Source of the DNA: Octopus sinensis
Taxonomy: Eukaryota
NCBI RefSeq assembly: GCF_006345805.1
Contig: NC_043008.1
Span: forward strand, 1,612,001-1,676,000
Direction of reading: 5' to 3'
DNA: 64,000 nucleotides
This document shows positions 30,406 to 43,494 of the stretch, in pieces. The notes under the pieces were generated by a model, which had not been told where the DNA came from, made no database searches, and was given only the letters and a program-made list of their open reading frames with translations. Each line of letters opens with the position of its first letter. Within the stretch, counting starts at the first letter, position 1. Position numbers and translations under genes: made by a program.

Positions 30406-30665
30406 CTAGTCAATAGCTAATACCGGAAGGCCATATCACAACAGTGTTTGTTCTTGCACTTATAGTAAATTAAAAACATAATCCTCATTATTTGCAGAAC
30501 CTCATATGTGTTTCCTATACCCTTCAAATGTATCAGGTTTTATCATAGAGGTAAGTGTTGCCGCTTAGAATACATCAATGTATATACACCCACCTCATTC
30601 ATTATATCGTTTTCGGTTATTGCATCACGACTGACATTTATTTATATCCTTATTAAATATATAAA

Positions 30666-32480
30666 TTAACTTGATGATTGTCACTAGAATACTACACTAT
30701 CAATGAAACTCCTATTACTAGATACTTCATCAGCTTCCTTATTTTATTACTGCTTTCTGTCTCAATAAAATCACGAATATCTTCCTTAATATAACAAATG
30801 TTCTTGAGAAAATTACCCGAGACATATACTAAAAAACTAATAACTTCTCTCTTATCTTATTATATTTTTCTTTCGTCACCACTTAAGTTCTAACTCCGCA
30901 TTACTCCATTGCCTACTGACAATTCGTCTCCATAAACTACACTGAAAACTGTTCTGAGATATATTGATATTATCCTCTCTGGTATCGCACCCCATAAAGA
31001 TTTCTATCTATCCCTTATTTTCTACTGAATGAAACGCTGCACCAATCCTTTACCATTTCATCCATACTTTCCCACCTCTCCGTTACGTTTCAAAGTTTCT
31101 TCTTCCATGCAGCGTCCCTTTTAACAACTCGATCCTGCCTATACACCATGTGCAATTCGTCCATATAACATCACCTTTTGGTTAAGTATTTGATATCCCA
31201 GCCTGTTTATCCTAATATTGTATTTTACCCTAGTGTTATATCGGGTCTTTTGACGTTGTGATAAGTTTCAACCCGTCCTCTGTGCTATGGTCACTATACA
31301 CGGACCTGTAGCGAAATTGAAACCATTCCGGAAAGAGCTGTGAGTTACTACTTCAACACATCCATTTCCCAAAATTTCAAATTTCTTTACGTGACACTAA
31401 TAATCCATGTGCCTGCATAAGTTCGTATGTAGTTATTTGAAAATAGAAAGCCCATATGAACATGGTTCCTTCTGGTTTTCTATGACTTGTTCCTCAGACT
31501 TAAGTAAAAATAATTTAGTAATCTTTCAAGAAAAATCATCCTAGACTGTTAATCTGAATTATTGAATCTTGTGGGCATTCTTCGAAGGCCATGCAATCAA
31601 TAGCTTTCGTATCCCTTGATTATGTTACTGTCATGTCTTCCTTTTGTATATGGTTTTCCGTTTTAACCATAACTTTGAATATTTTAAATGTAGTTTTATA
31701 TATTTATCCACTCATATCTGATATGACTTCCATCTATATACGGGTATGTTTATTCCTTGTATGTAGTGGCTAGGACACAAATGTAGAGGCCCACGGTTCT
31801 CTATTTGGGGAGTTGGATTCATGATCGTAAGATAATGTTTTTCATTCCTGGACCGTTCGGCGCGTTAGGCTCGTAAGCAAATCACTTCATTTGACGTTGA
31901 TCTAGTACGCTCTGCTCGCAAAAATAAGTAATTCTTCTACGGACCGGCGTCTCGCCCAGGTTCAGAATTTATATACAACGAAACCGGTGAACTGGTTCTT
32001 ATGTGTCGACATGACGCGAGAAGCAAACTTTCATCTATTTATTTTGCTTTGCTTCCTAGGACAAGAGATATTTGTTTTCGTGCGATCATATACTGGTCGA
32101 TTAAGCATATCAAGGAAATGTGTCATGGAAAGATAATTTTTAATTGTCCACTCTGTTGTTGCTGAAAGCGGTTATAGGAAACGGAGAAGAGGTTCATCTC
32201 TCTATCCATATCTTTCTATCCCCTCATATATACGTGCATATATATATATATATATATATATATGCACGTATGGATGCATACATACGCATACATATTCATA
32301 TGTCTGTGTATGTGCACGTGTGCATATATACGCACGCATAAAAATAAAGTTAACTTGATTATTGCCACTAGAATACTACACTATCAAGAAAATTCCTATC
32401 ACTAGATACTCCATCATCTTCCTTATTTTATTGCTGCTTTCTGTCTATAAATTCACGAAGATCTTCTTAATATAACAAAT
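30666..32480. repeat. Dispersed direct repeat of about 134 bp (30666-30799 and 32350-32480)
   Basis: Both copies read ttaacttgat.attg.cactagaatactacactatcaa...cttccttattttatt.ctgctttctgtct...aatataacaaat, with roughly 85% identity by eye. Confidence 0.85.
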
Positions 32481-34981
32481 ACCATGCTGTTTATTCTGGT
32501 GCAAATTACGCGCGTCACTTATTGGGGTGCATAAACTAATGACATATATCGTATGTTGTGTGTACGCATACGTTTTTGCTCGCACATTTCAATGTAATTA
32601 TGGAAAAAATTTCTTTGTAATTGCATCCATTTTCCTCTTACGTTATATTAACGATTTGCTAATTAGAAATCAATATAATAATTTCCAGACCAAATTATGC
32701 GTAGGTGTAGTTAGGTCTGATGAAAGTAAACACTGGTGTTATAGGCATAGTTGCCATCTAATTAATATGACCAGTAATATATGCAACTTTGCATCCAAAA
32801 TTATGTTAATTAAATGATATTAATATTTCGAACCAATCAATTAAGTAACAGTCATTATTCTTCATTTTTTGTCGTCCATGAATAAGTTACTAAACTTGTT
32901 TCATCGATATTTCTGCATCTCGTTATTTACAATATACGGTTTAACATGAACATATTTTGATCACTGACTTCTACGAATTGTACAATTACGGCATCCATCT
33001 ATTCCCGAAGATTAATTTGTCAAATACTGATTTCAAATTTTGCTCCAAAGCCATCTAACTTCGGTGGAGGGCGTAAGTCGATTCTGTTCACTTCAATACT
33101 TAACTGGAACTTATCTTTGTCGAACCGCAAAGGATCAAAACACAAGTCAACCTTGGCGGAACAAGAACATCGAGCGTAAAACGAACGAAATGCTGTCAAT
33201 CCTTTTCTCCGACGTTCTAACGAGTCTGCCAGTTCAATTTTGACGCCTACAATTTGTATGATATTGACGTCAGTTATAAACTCGTATTTAAATCTACACT
33301 CATACGAATTATATACGCCTATTCTTGACACATTTATTTTTTCTGCATGCATATTCATGAATATTTTCAAGCAGATGTTTAGAAACCTCTTTCTCAGATT
33401 CAAATATTATATACTTCGATTTATTTCTGAAATGATATATACTTCTTAATATTTTCTCAGTGATTTACATCTTTCCAAATTTCATTTCCTCGTTAACCGT
33501 AAACAATTTGATTTACTTATTTGCAGCCGCTTATGTGTTTTAATTAGATTAGCTGCAAAGTAGATATTAACAACTGATTTTTGAAGAAATATTTTTGCTC
33601 ATTTCATATATATCCAGGCATGTTTCGTGATACATATTTATGTTTCTTTTCTATTTGATTCTTTTTTTGTCGAGAAGAAAAACGAAAATTACGATACTTA
33701 GTTACACAAGCAAATTCTCGCCCTCCCCCACCAAATTATGCTCACTTGGGAGAGGGGACATTTGAATTCAGTGGACCCGAACACCGGATTGGATCTTTAT
33801 CTTGTCTACTTAAGAATGATATATGCAATGTGGATTTATTAGACAATATAATGTTTCTATCAATGCATCACGCTTGGTAAAATAAATGAATGAATAAATA
33901 CAATATCAAATCTTAGACCGCAATGCTATCGGTATCAGCATATCAGGAGAATGTATTCCAGCATTTTGTTTCTTTTTAGTCGTTAATGATTATTCCTTGG
34001 AGCCTGCTCTATTCTTTTATCATTCCAAGTTCCATAACATGGCTACGAATCAGATACATATTTTTGGATGCTTCTTTCCGCTAACATTCTTCGATTCCTG
34101 CTTCAGTTAGAAATAATCAAGGAAGTATTTTCTGCGAAAAAGTAGTTCGCTGAAAATGAACATATTTTCAATGCCATGAATCATTGCTTTTAGAACTCTA
34201 CGATATAATTAATATTTCCCATTTCCTAATTAACTATGAGGCAAGAGAATTCGAACAAATCAGACTTTTCTTTGGTTTTTAAAATCTATATTGTTTCCAT
34301 GAATTTAACTATAACTTATATTTTTAATTAGAGTAACATTCATTCATTTTAGAAGATGTAAAACGGTAAGTAAAAATATTCGGTAGGGACACAGTAAAGA
34401 ATTTCACGCTGTGATTACAAACTTATTTTCATTTACCTCATTGCTCAGCAGTTTGGGCAGATATATTTTTCTATCACAACTTTGTTACTGAAAGTTAGTA
34501 TTCCGAATTTATCTCACGGTCAAATTGCTAAGTACACTGATACAAAAAATATGGGCACTGGAAATCTCAATAGCGAAGAAAGACAATAATGTTATGTTTT
34601 TGAAGAAATCGACAGTAATTTGCGGCAAATTAGCAAATCACATATACCAAATTTGTACACTTGATAATACGCCGGAACCGAATATAGCAACAAAGTAGTC
34701 ACATGTACATCAATATAAATACTAAAAAGGAAATGTGTGCAATCTACTCTCTAGAAGTTTGCACAGTCTTTGAATTTAAATTCCATCACGATTATATAAA
34801 CTGAATTGCATATATGATATATTTGTAATATGACTCAGTACATTTTCTATAATTTTCAAACCTTGAGATGATCCATACTATTTACCCAGCAATGTAATAA
34901 TACTTCACCTGGTAACTATCCTACCACACATCTTCAGCTAGGCACCTAGTATATATAAATGTATATATATATATAATATAT

Positions 34982-35013
<32 letters not shown>

Positions 35014-35229
35014 CCAATTATATTCGTTTTAGTATTTGTTTCGCAATTCACTTAATCATTGATATTTTATTGTTATTTTAATTTTAATATTTCTATTATA
35101 TGTAATTTTCTAGATGGTGTAATTTAATCGTTCATTTTGAATTAATAAAAGGTGCTTCTTTTCAAATTTTATATATATATATATATATTATATTGTGTGA
35201 AATTTGTGGGCAATAATTCTTTGATTATA

Positions 35230-35232
<3 letters not shown>

Positions 35233-35314
<82 letters not shown>

Positions 35315-35321
35315 TATATAT

Positions 35322-35389
<68 letters not shown>

Positions 35390-35434
35390 AGAGACAGAGA
35401 GAGAAATAGATAGCTAGCTAGCTAGCTAGCTAGC

Positions 35435-35487
<53 letters not shown>
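35233..35487. repeat. Compound (CA)n(TA)n(GA)n(TAGC)n(TAGA)n microsatellite
   Basis: Directly visible. Confidence 0.95.
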
Positions 35488-37739
35488 TGTTGAATAGACA
35501 GTTTAGCAGTTCATGGCTGATGAGCAAGCGAAATGCGATATGATTTAAAGAAAATACTGCAATCTGAATTACGTATTCTGCACTGCTAACATGTAAGATA
35601 AGAGAACGGTAGTTGTTACGATAAGTGACTGTTTACATGGAGGTCAAGTGAATCTTTTTGCGCCGAACCCCTTGCCACAGCGATTTTTTCTCTATGTATG
35701 AAGTATTATTTCATACATACAAACACAAGCGCATGCAAATATTGACTTGGTTGTGCGTATATATGTACGGCAAAATATAATTATTGATAACCCTTGCTTA
35801 TAGACCTAAAGACACAACACACTAACTTACATCATATATATACGTTTAATCAATTGCATTGTAATGCATGAATACCTAGTTAGAACATAACACCATTATT
35901 TAGGAGACACACGATTCAGCCGTGTACACGTAACGCACACTTAAATAGCATACTTGTGTACGTACACGCTTGTGTGTATACGTGTGCTATGAAATGTCTG
36001 TAATCATATGTGTCTGCCAATATCTAAATATCTGGGTGTATCTATTAAAAAGTGAGTATGTGTGTACGCTTGAAAAACTAATAACGAAGAGTATGGTGTA
36101 ATGATTCAGTAATGTAGACGATTGTATTTGCTCATTATATTAATTTGAATACATTCTTCACCGAGGAATATTATATTTATATTTACATTCGTGCGATACC
36201 ATCTCTTTATAACGTTCAGACTATGTACACTGCATGCATGTCTCCGAAAAGTGCTTATTTGTATTAAGGTAATTTCTGGAACGGTTTTCAATGTAATTTG
36301 AGTCGTATGGTCAACAAGCAGTCTTCGTTTGTGAATAGTATTTAATTTTCTTAAAAGTATTTTGATAGCACCTTTTATGAAATAATTTTCACTCACTCCA
36401 TTCGCAGAATCTTCTCAATGTATGAATATAAATAACAATTGGTAGTTGATGAGGTTTTGAAGAAGACAAAAAAATAATAATAATAAAGTTTTAAATGTAA
36501 CTGGCGAACAGCCATGAAAAGCTAGTGGAGCACTTGGCGATAAAGTTATCCAGAAAGCACAAGGAGATATTTTCTACGAGTCGATAATCCGCTAGTCAGA
36601 ACGGCGAGTTGAATAACATCATAGTTGACATAAAAAGAAACTGCCGCATATAGCTGCCGAGATATTCTAAGATAAGATACTAATGTCTATTGCAGACAAC
36701 ATTAAACTTGGCTAATAGTCAATTTTAGCTAGAATTTAGGGCTAAAGGCGCCCTTAGCAATGCTGGGAGATAGGTGCTACTGAATAAACTGAAGGTCTTA
36801 CTCTTCCATATTTTAATGACCTCTATTCATTGAAGAGCTACTACTGGCCGGCCGGCCAAATCAAGGAAATTGTGATTCATTATTTTATTGATTATGCATT
36901 TATGTTCGACGGCGTAGTGTCCAGACATCGGTAGAGGAACCCCAGGGCATGAGAAATCACTGTAGTCAATAGGTGATGCACACGCCTATCAATCTCAAAC
37001 ATCATAAATTTCTATCAGGCGCTATTTATTTGGCTTCCGTAGATCTTTCAAAAGGATTTCACTGCTGCAGTGTTCGTAAAATTATCCGAAAAAAATCCGA
37101 TAACTATATTGCTATTCATTGAGTGTATGTCTTTCAACCTGTTTCTCTTCAATGTGAACCAAATAATAAAACGAAATATTGCTGTGGTGTGCGTTCACTG
37201 ATATATGTAGTTAGATCATAGATATCTGGAAAGTCCTTTCGAACAAGGATATACTTGACTGAATATGGTGTTGATGCTATCAACCATTCTGTCCACTAAC
37301 ATCGTTAATGTCTTCTTATCTTTGAAAGAAGAAACACACGTTTGAAAATACGTTCGTAAAATGTATTAGACTTTTTTAAGCATGTAAAATCGTTCGTTTT
37401 AATGCTATACGATAAATTAAGATGACAGATTAACGAAGAATTAGGACAGAGTTCGAATATCCATCCCGCGCTGGAAGGGCAGTGTATGATTTATGTTTGA
37501 ATACCTTTTAAGTTAATGTCAAGTTTAAGATAGTAGGCGTTTGACCCGAAGAGATATATGCTTACTACATAGGTTCCTACCTATCCAAATTTGATATACT
37601 AAACTCAAAGCTTATGGCTCACATCAAGGGAAAACACTATGTGACACACATATCCCCACCCTCACACAGTGAAATCGAGTAAATGAACATTAAACATTAG
37701 AGGACGGTCACATAGAATGTATTAGTTTGTATGTGTATA

Positions 37740-37799
<60 letters not shown>

Positions 37800-37847
37800 T
37801 TGTGTGTATATATGTATGAATGTATATATATATATATATATATATAT

Positions 37848-38073
37848 AAACAATTGCAGCGTGGAAGTTGTTTGCAAGCCATTTAAGAAACACACAAAAG
37901 CCGTTCGATTCACTTCAACATTATGTGCTGCACGGATTTTTGTCAGTGAACAGGTCGCGGACGTATTGCGACGAAAATATTTTGACAAATTAAACTTAAA
38001 TGTTGAAGTGAATCGAACGGCTTTTGTGTGTTTCTTAAATGGCTTACAAACAACTTCCACGCTGCAATTGTTT
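37848..38073. mobile_element. 226-bp element with 75-bp inverted arms, probably a Penelope-like inverted pseudo-LTR fragment (or a MITE)
   Basis: Arm 37848-37922 (aaacaattgcagcgtgg...cacttcaacatt) is the reverse complement of 37999-38073 at 74/75 positions. The spacer contains a hammerhead-type motif. Confidence 0.75.
37939..37989 (+). ncRNA. Minimal type I hammerhead ribozyme, G3:C8 core variant
   Basis: Stem I tttgtca/tgacaaa; core GUGAACA; one extra G; stem II gtcgcgg/ttgcgac (5 Watson-Crick pairs plus 2 GU); GAAA; palindromic stem III AAUAUU; position 17 is U. Confidence 0.6.
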
Positions 38074-38127
38074 TCGTTCCAGCACACGATCTCAGATCAA
38101 ATCACTTGCTATGCATGTACATCTCCG

Positions 38128-38171
<44 letters not shown>

Positions 38172-38177
38172 TATATA

Positions 38178-38345
38178 CAGGGGTTGCAGAAAATAAGGGA
38201 AATACCTTTAAATTTCAAACAAATTTATTTTAATATGGAGCAGGACCAACTTTGGCAGTGATAAAAGCTTGAATACTATGGGATATGGACGCATACCCTC
38301 ATCTTGAAGGTGTGAACAACTTATCTACAGTTGTTTATGATGCAT
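38178..38345 (-). mobile_element. 3' end of a Tc1-like transposon with its TIR
   Basis: The terminus TA-CAGGGGTTGCAGAAAATAAGGG has a typical Tc1-like start. Minus-strand SISHSIQAFITAKVGPAPY* matches the Tc1 C-terminal consensus SMPRRIQAVIAAKGG.T.Y*. Confidence 0.7.
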
Positions 38346-38719
38346 CGTAACTTTGTACAACTCATTATAAGGACATAGCTTATTATAAATTCCTCTTTTG
38401 ATTTTTCTTTAACGTCCATGATGAGAACCCTTCACCGCAAAAGTCTGTAGAGTTTCCAGTATGAGTGCAAACACTTTAGAAATTATTTTGTAGTCAGTGT
38501 AATTGGTGTAGGTGGAACATTTCTTGTGTCATTTGTAATCTCAGCAAGATCTGCTAATCCTTCTTACCAGAACACAACCAATACAGTCACACCATCCTCT
38601 AAAACGTTTTTGGAATCATACAACCCTTGAATCCTGCAACCATTCTCAAATTAGTTTTCCGGCTTTGATGTAAACATTCTCCTTGAAGAAAACTTGTAAA
38701 GTCATGGATATAGAATGCC

Positions 38720-39270
38720 GTGCATTTTCCAAGTACTATTCAAAGTTAAAGTTTTCACTTCATCCCGTGGCACATCTAGATTATCCTCAGCCTCCATTAC
38801 GTTGAATTTCTTCCAGAAATCTCTACCTGTATGTTTTTCCCCTCTGTCAAGTTGTTTTAAAGTTCTTTTCATAAAATGCCTTTAGTTATCTCCCATGTGT
38901 TGATGTATGGGCTAGAGCAGTAATGTTGCATTCTTGGCGATATATTCTACTCTCGCATTGAATGGCGATTTAAAGATTTCAAAACTGTCATTTAAGTTCG
39001 TTGGGTTGCTCGGTGCAATGTCTAAAATAAGGAAATAGGAATGTTTTGTTGAAAATATTGTGTCTGGCGACTTACCATTCTACGGCAGGACAAATAACGT
39101 GTGCAACCCACTCTTTGTAAGGCTCTTACTTAACAATGCCTCCTTATTTGAACGCCAAATATGAGATAGATTAGACTCAGAGTAATCCTTGAACGCTCTT
39201 GGATTTTCGGATTCATAGATAAATAAATGCTTTAACTTCATATTACTAGCGACATTGCTTCCCCAGAGAT
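38720..39270 (-). pseudogene. pogo/Tigger-like transposase relic (DDE_1 region)
   Basis: Minus-strand fragments GSNVASNMKLKHLFIYESENPRAFK..., WRSNKEA, LILDIAPSNP, NATLLL*PIHQ, FWKKFNVMEA..N and DEVKTLTLNSTWK parallel Tigger1-type motifs (KLKPLLIYHSENPRALK, LLLIDNAPGHP, NTTSILQPMDQ, FWK.F.I.DA, WEEVK.STL..VWK). Confidence 0.85.
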
Positions 39271-40004
39271 ATCTAAGGAGATTCTGGAATCCTTAAATCG
39301 CCATTCAGTTTTATACTCTAGTAATTCATGCACTTCTTAAACCTTTACTAGTTGAAAAGGGTTATTTTAAGCGTTACATTAGATATATTGAAATATAAGA
39401 TCCGAGGAGATAAGGGAGTCGATTTTCGAGTACATAATTTTCTCTTTCAACTTTAATATTCAGCGTAATCCTTTGTAAGGATCCCGTTTTGAACTAATGA
39501 TTTAAGGTCTTGATAAGCTGATTCCAGATATTTAAAATAGAAGGTAAATCTAACATCAACGGCGATTAACCGTTCGCAACGTATTTGCGGTGAAAGATAA
39601 TTTGGCCCATGAAAGATCTGTTTGTGAGAGCCGAAAATGTTCTTATTTCCTAGATCTAATAATGATAATGGGATGAAAAGGTCAAGTGAAGAAGAGAGAG
39701 AACTATATGGTTATAGTTAACTCAAGAGTCACCACATTTTACCGCCGCCCATTCCTATTACTAGTCATGTTTGATAGTGTAGAGTCTGGCTGAAACCCAT
39801 ACGGCCTTCCTTTGAATTCACTGTCTATCCAGAGTTTAACAATTGTTTCCAAGAATTAATGTAGGCGTCAGAGCTAACTCTAAGGCCCTGTGGGAAGAAG
39901 TTGGCATTATAAGTCCCTCATTACTGACAACTCTCAAACCATGCCAGTTGCAGGAAATTTTGTATATGTTGTTATCTTTTAATAAAAAATTTTACATTTA
40001 GTAC

Positions 40005-40099
<95 letters not shown>

Positions 40100-42116
40100 A
40101 TAAAGGGAGATGGGGAGGGATTAAGGCGAGAGAGATATTAGATACATAGATAGATGGATAGATAAATAGATAAATAGACGTATATACATGTATATCACGC
40201 AATATCAGTATATGATCAGATATTAACTGCGACATAAATGTTCCACAGCATAATATATTAAGTAATAAGCTTTCCAAACGGATCGATCACAAAATCCGCT
40301 TCAAATAATCGAAAGTGTATCTAGGAAATAAATAGAACGTATATTTTAGTCAAAATATTCTACAATATCTGGTTCATCCCCATTATTAATTTGAAGTAAT
40401 TCAATTAAGTGAGCTAGACATTTGCATTGAATCATATATATACAATAAAAATACGGCAACAAATGGCGGAATTTAAAGTTGATTACACAAAGGATGACAC
40501 AATATTTGGAAGTCTAGACATAATGTTTCAAATTCATAAAGATTTAGATATTTGTTAATATTTTGTTTTTTGTTCATCGCAAGTGTCTGCAACATACAAT
40601 TAGACAAAACTTTACAAAGCGATCGTCTAAGCTATAACATACATAGAAATATTAGCGCATTCATTTCCGAAGTAGTGATCTATTCACTTATTAGATAAAG
40701 GCAAAATTATTACTGCGTTAATTTTAATCGCGTACCGTTTGAAATGGCATTCGAAATTTACAAAATCATTTGATACATCAGAAGAATCTATTTGAGAAAA
40801 GAAAATGTTATATTTATTTTCCGCACAAATAAGTCAGTGCCAGACGAAGTGGCTTAAACTTAATGTTATAAAACAGTATATTTATTAAAACTGTTTTCTG
40901 CCTACTGTCTTTTCATTCAAACGTATCTCAAGACGACTCAATGTCTCAATATCCTTCAATACATAAAGAAATCATTGACAATTATACATGCATACACATA
41001 CACAGACACACACACAAATACACACACACACACACACACACACATATATTTATATATATATATATATAGTAATACACATACATACAACTGTATACGTGCA
41101 TATATATGTGTATACGTGTAAAATAGCCATCTATGTATCATACGTGATGCATGCACATAATTCATCTACTGGCAACAACTCTTAAGAATTTGTGTTGTGT
41201 TTCAAATGCAATATTAGTCGCACGGAGATCAAAGTTTCCCAGCAGCGGCTACCATGAACGCTACATACATTTCAGCCTCGTTCTGCCTTGTGTCTTCATA
41301 GTCTCATAATTCAAAGTGAGTAAACGAGATTTCTCGCCACCCTCTCATTGATAAATATTTAAACATCTTCACAGCTATTGCTACTAGTCTCCTGGCGGGA
41401 TAGAATGCGTTTTATGCAACAAAAGCAGTGTTAATTCAAATAGTCATTAGTATATCATATTCAAAGCAACTACATCGTTGAATGGGGAAGTTACTTTAGT
41501 ATACAACGTTTTGGTAGAGTAAACAGAATAGGTCTTTCAGATATGCTAATGGCGTTTCTTTCATTCATCCCCATACTTGAACGCGATTTATCGTCTTTGG
41601 TACATAGGAAAATATGTGAGTATATGCATGTGTTTATACGTAGGCAGGTAGGGATGTATATGTGTGTGTGCGTGCGTGTGTGGGTATTTCTATGTATCCA
41701 TATTTTTGCATTAAGTGTATTTGGGTTTGTAGATGTATGTGTGAGAGAGAGGGGAGAGGGAGAGTGTGTCTGAGAGTGAAAATGAGAGAAAGAGAGAGAG
41801 TGATAGGTAGAAAGATGAATATATATATATATATATAGTTAGATAGATAGAGAGAAAGAGAGAGAAAGAGAAAGGAAAAGAGAGATGACCTTGTTTTCTA
41901 GAATATCACTGATTGCTTCTGCTCCAATTTTCATGTGATTTCAAATAATCTGTGTACGGCAGAAAAATACCCAGGTATTTACATGCCTGTAAATGGGTTC
42001 AACCGAACAGATCACTTTTTTTTATCTAAGCTCTGTATAATGAACTAATATAATATATTATCGCATCGCACAGTCATTGATTGTCCTCTAAATAATTGTG
42101 TAACTTATACTACCAA

Positions 42117-42943
42117 CACCAGAACGATGACGAAGAGATAAGTTGGTAGTGTGTCCCCATGTGATATTCCGGCTTTGAATACTTCAAAGTATTCCGTCTC
42201 TCCATCAGGAGTAATCACTTTCGCTCTGCTTTCAGCTTACTTACTGCTCTCAGAATTCTTGCTGGAATATCATATGCTTTAAGTATCTTCATCATCATTC
42301 AAAGATGTTCTGAATCAAAAGCCATTTTTTACAGTCTACATGGGTAATGATAGCCTTCCTATTATGACTCTTAACTCCCTCTATCCGTCTTTTAAGTGCG
42401 ACAATGTGAGATTTTGTTGATCGTCCTAATCTATATCCATTTTGATTTGGTCGTAATTGTTTGTCTATCTTAGTTTGTATTCGGTTCGAAATAATCTTTT
42501 TGACCGTTTTTGCAACAATGGGTGACAGACTGACCCCTTTGTAATTTCCATTATCACTTAGGTATCCAGTTCTGGGCAGCGGTAGCAAGTCTATCTCAGA
42601 CCATTGTGTAAACGGTTGTTATACGAGGTTGCTTAGAATGGAACTCAATGTCCAAGGAGTACGAAAAGTAACATTTGAGATACAGTATATAAGGATGAGG
42701 CTAGCTGGACACTGCATCAGTCATACCGACGAAACGGCTAACAAGCTAGTGCTCTGGCCACCAACGGAAGGAAGAACCAAGAGAGGAAGGAAGAAGACGA
42801 CTTATATCGACAACTTCTTGGAGGAGACTGGTATGGAAGGGGTACAGGAGTTGAGGACCATTATGGAAGATCGAGATGAATGGGGAAAACGTGTGGAAAC
42901 AGTCTTGGAGCGCCCTGTGGGACGATCTACATAACTAGATAGA
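42117..42943 (+). mobile_element. RTE-type LINE insertion with an inverted 5' segment and 11-bp TSD
   Basis: 42117-42590 encodes RT domains on the minus strand (PLPRTGYLS..NYKGVSL..., NQNGYRLGRST, HVDCKK, GISHGDTLPTYLFVIVL). About 42600-42934 encodes the ORF C-terminus on the plus strand (GCYTRLLRM, RLAGHC, LVLWPPTEGR..RGR.KTTYID). There is a tagatagata tail. The TSD tatactaccaa occurs at 42106-42116 and 42944-42954. Confidence 0.9.
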
Positions 42944-43428
42944 TATACTACCAATTTATTGTTGTTTTACTATTTTGAGTGAATCGATTGTGGGCTCCGT
43001 GGTCTTTATGTCCCGACTAGGAAACGTTAAATTTATAACAGTTCTGTATGCATTAGAAAATATGATGAAAAGTTTTCTTTGAGAAGTTTAAGGCATCAAT
43101 CAAAATGACCCTTATTCTGATACACTTGTCCTTTCTAACGTTCCGCTCAACTTTCTACCTTCATATAGGTTAATTTGTTAATACTGAATTTAGAGAAAAG
43201 AAAAAGAGATAGATAGAGAAAATAATACTTCCAGAGGTAAAACTTATTACAAATTTCTTTTCTGATCGCAGTAAAACGAGACTTGGGGAGGATAATTTAT
43301 ACAGCTAGAAGTGAAGTAGACATATACATAAAATTCAATTGTGCCGTCTTCTAAAATATCTGTCCACTTGTGGCGGTATTTTAAATTAATAATTGTAATT
43401 TAACTATGTATATATATATATATTTATG

Positions 43429-43494
<66 letters not shown>

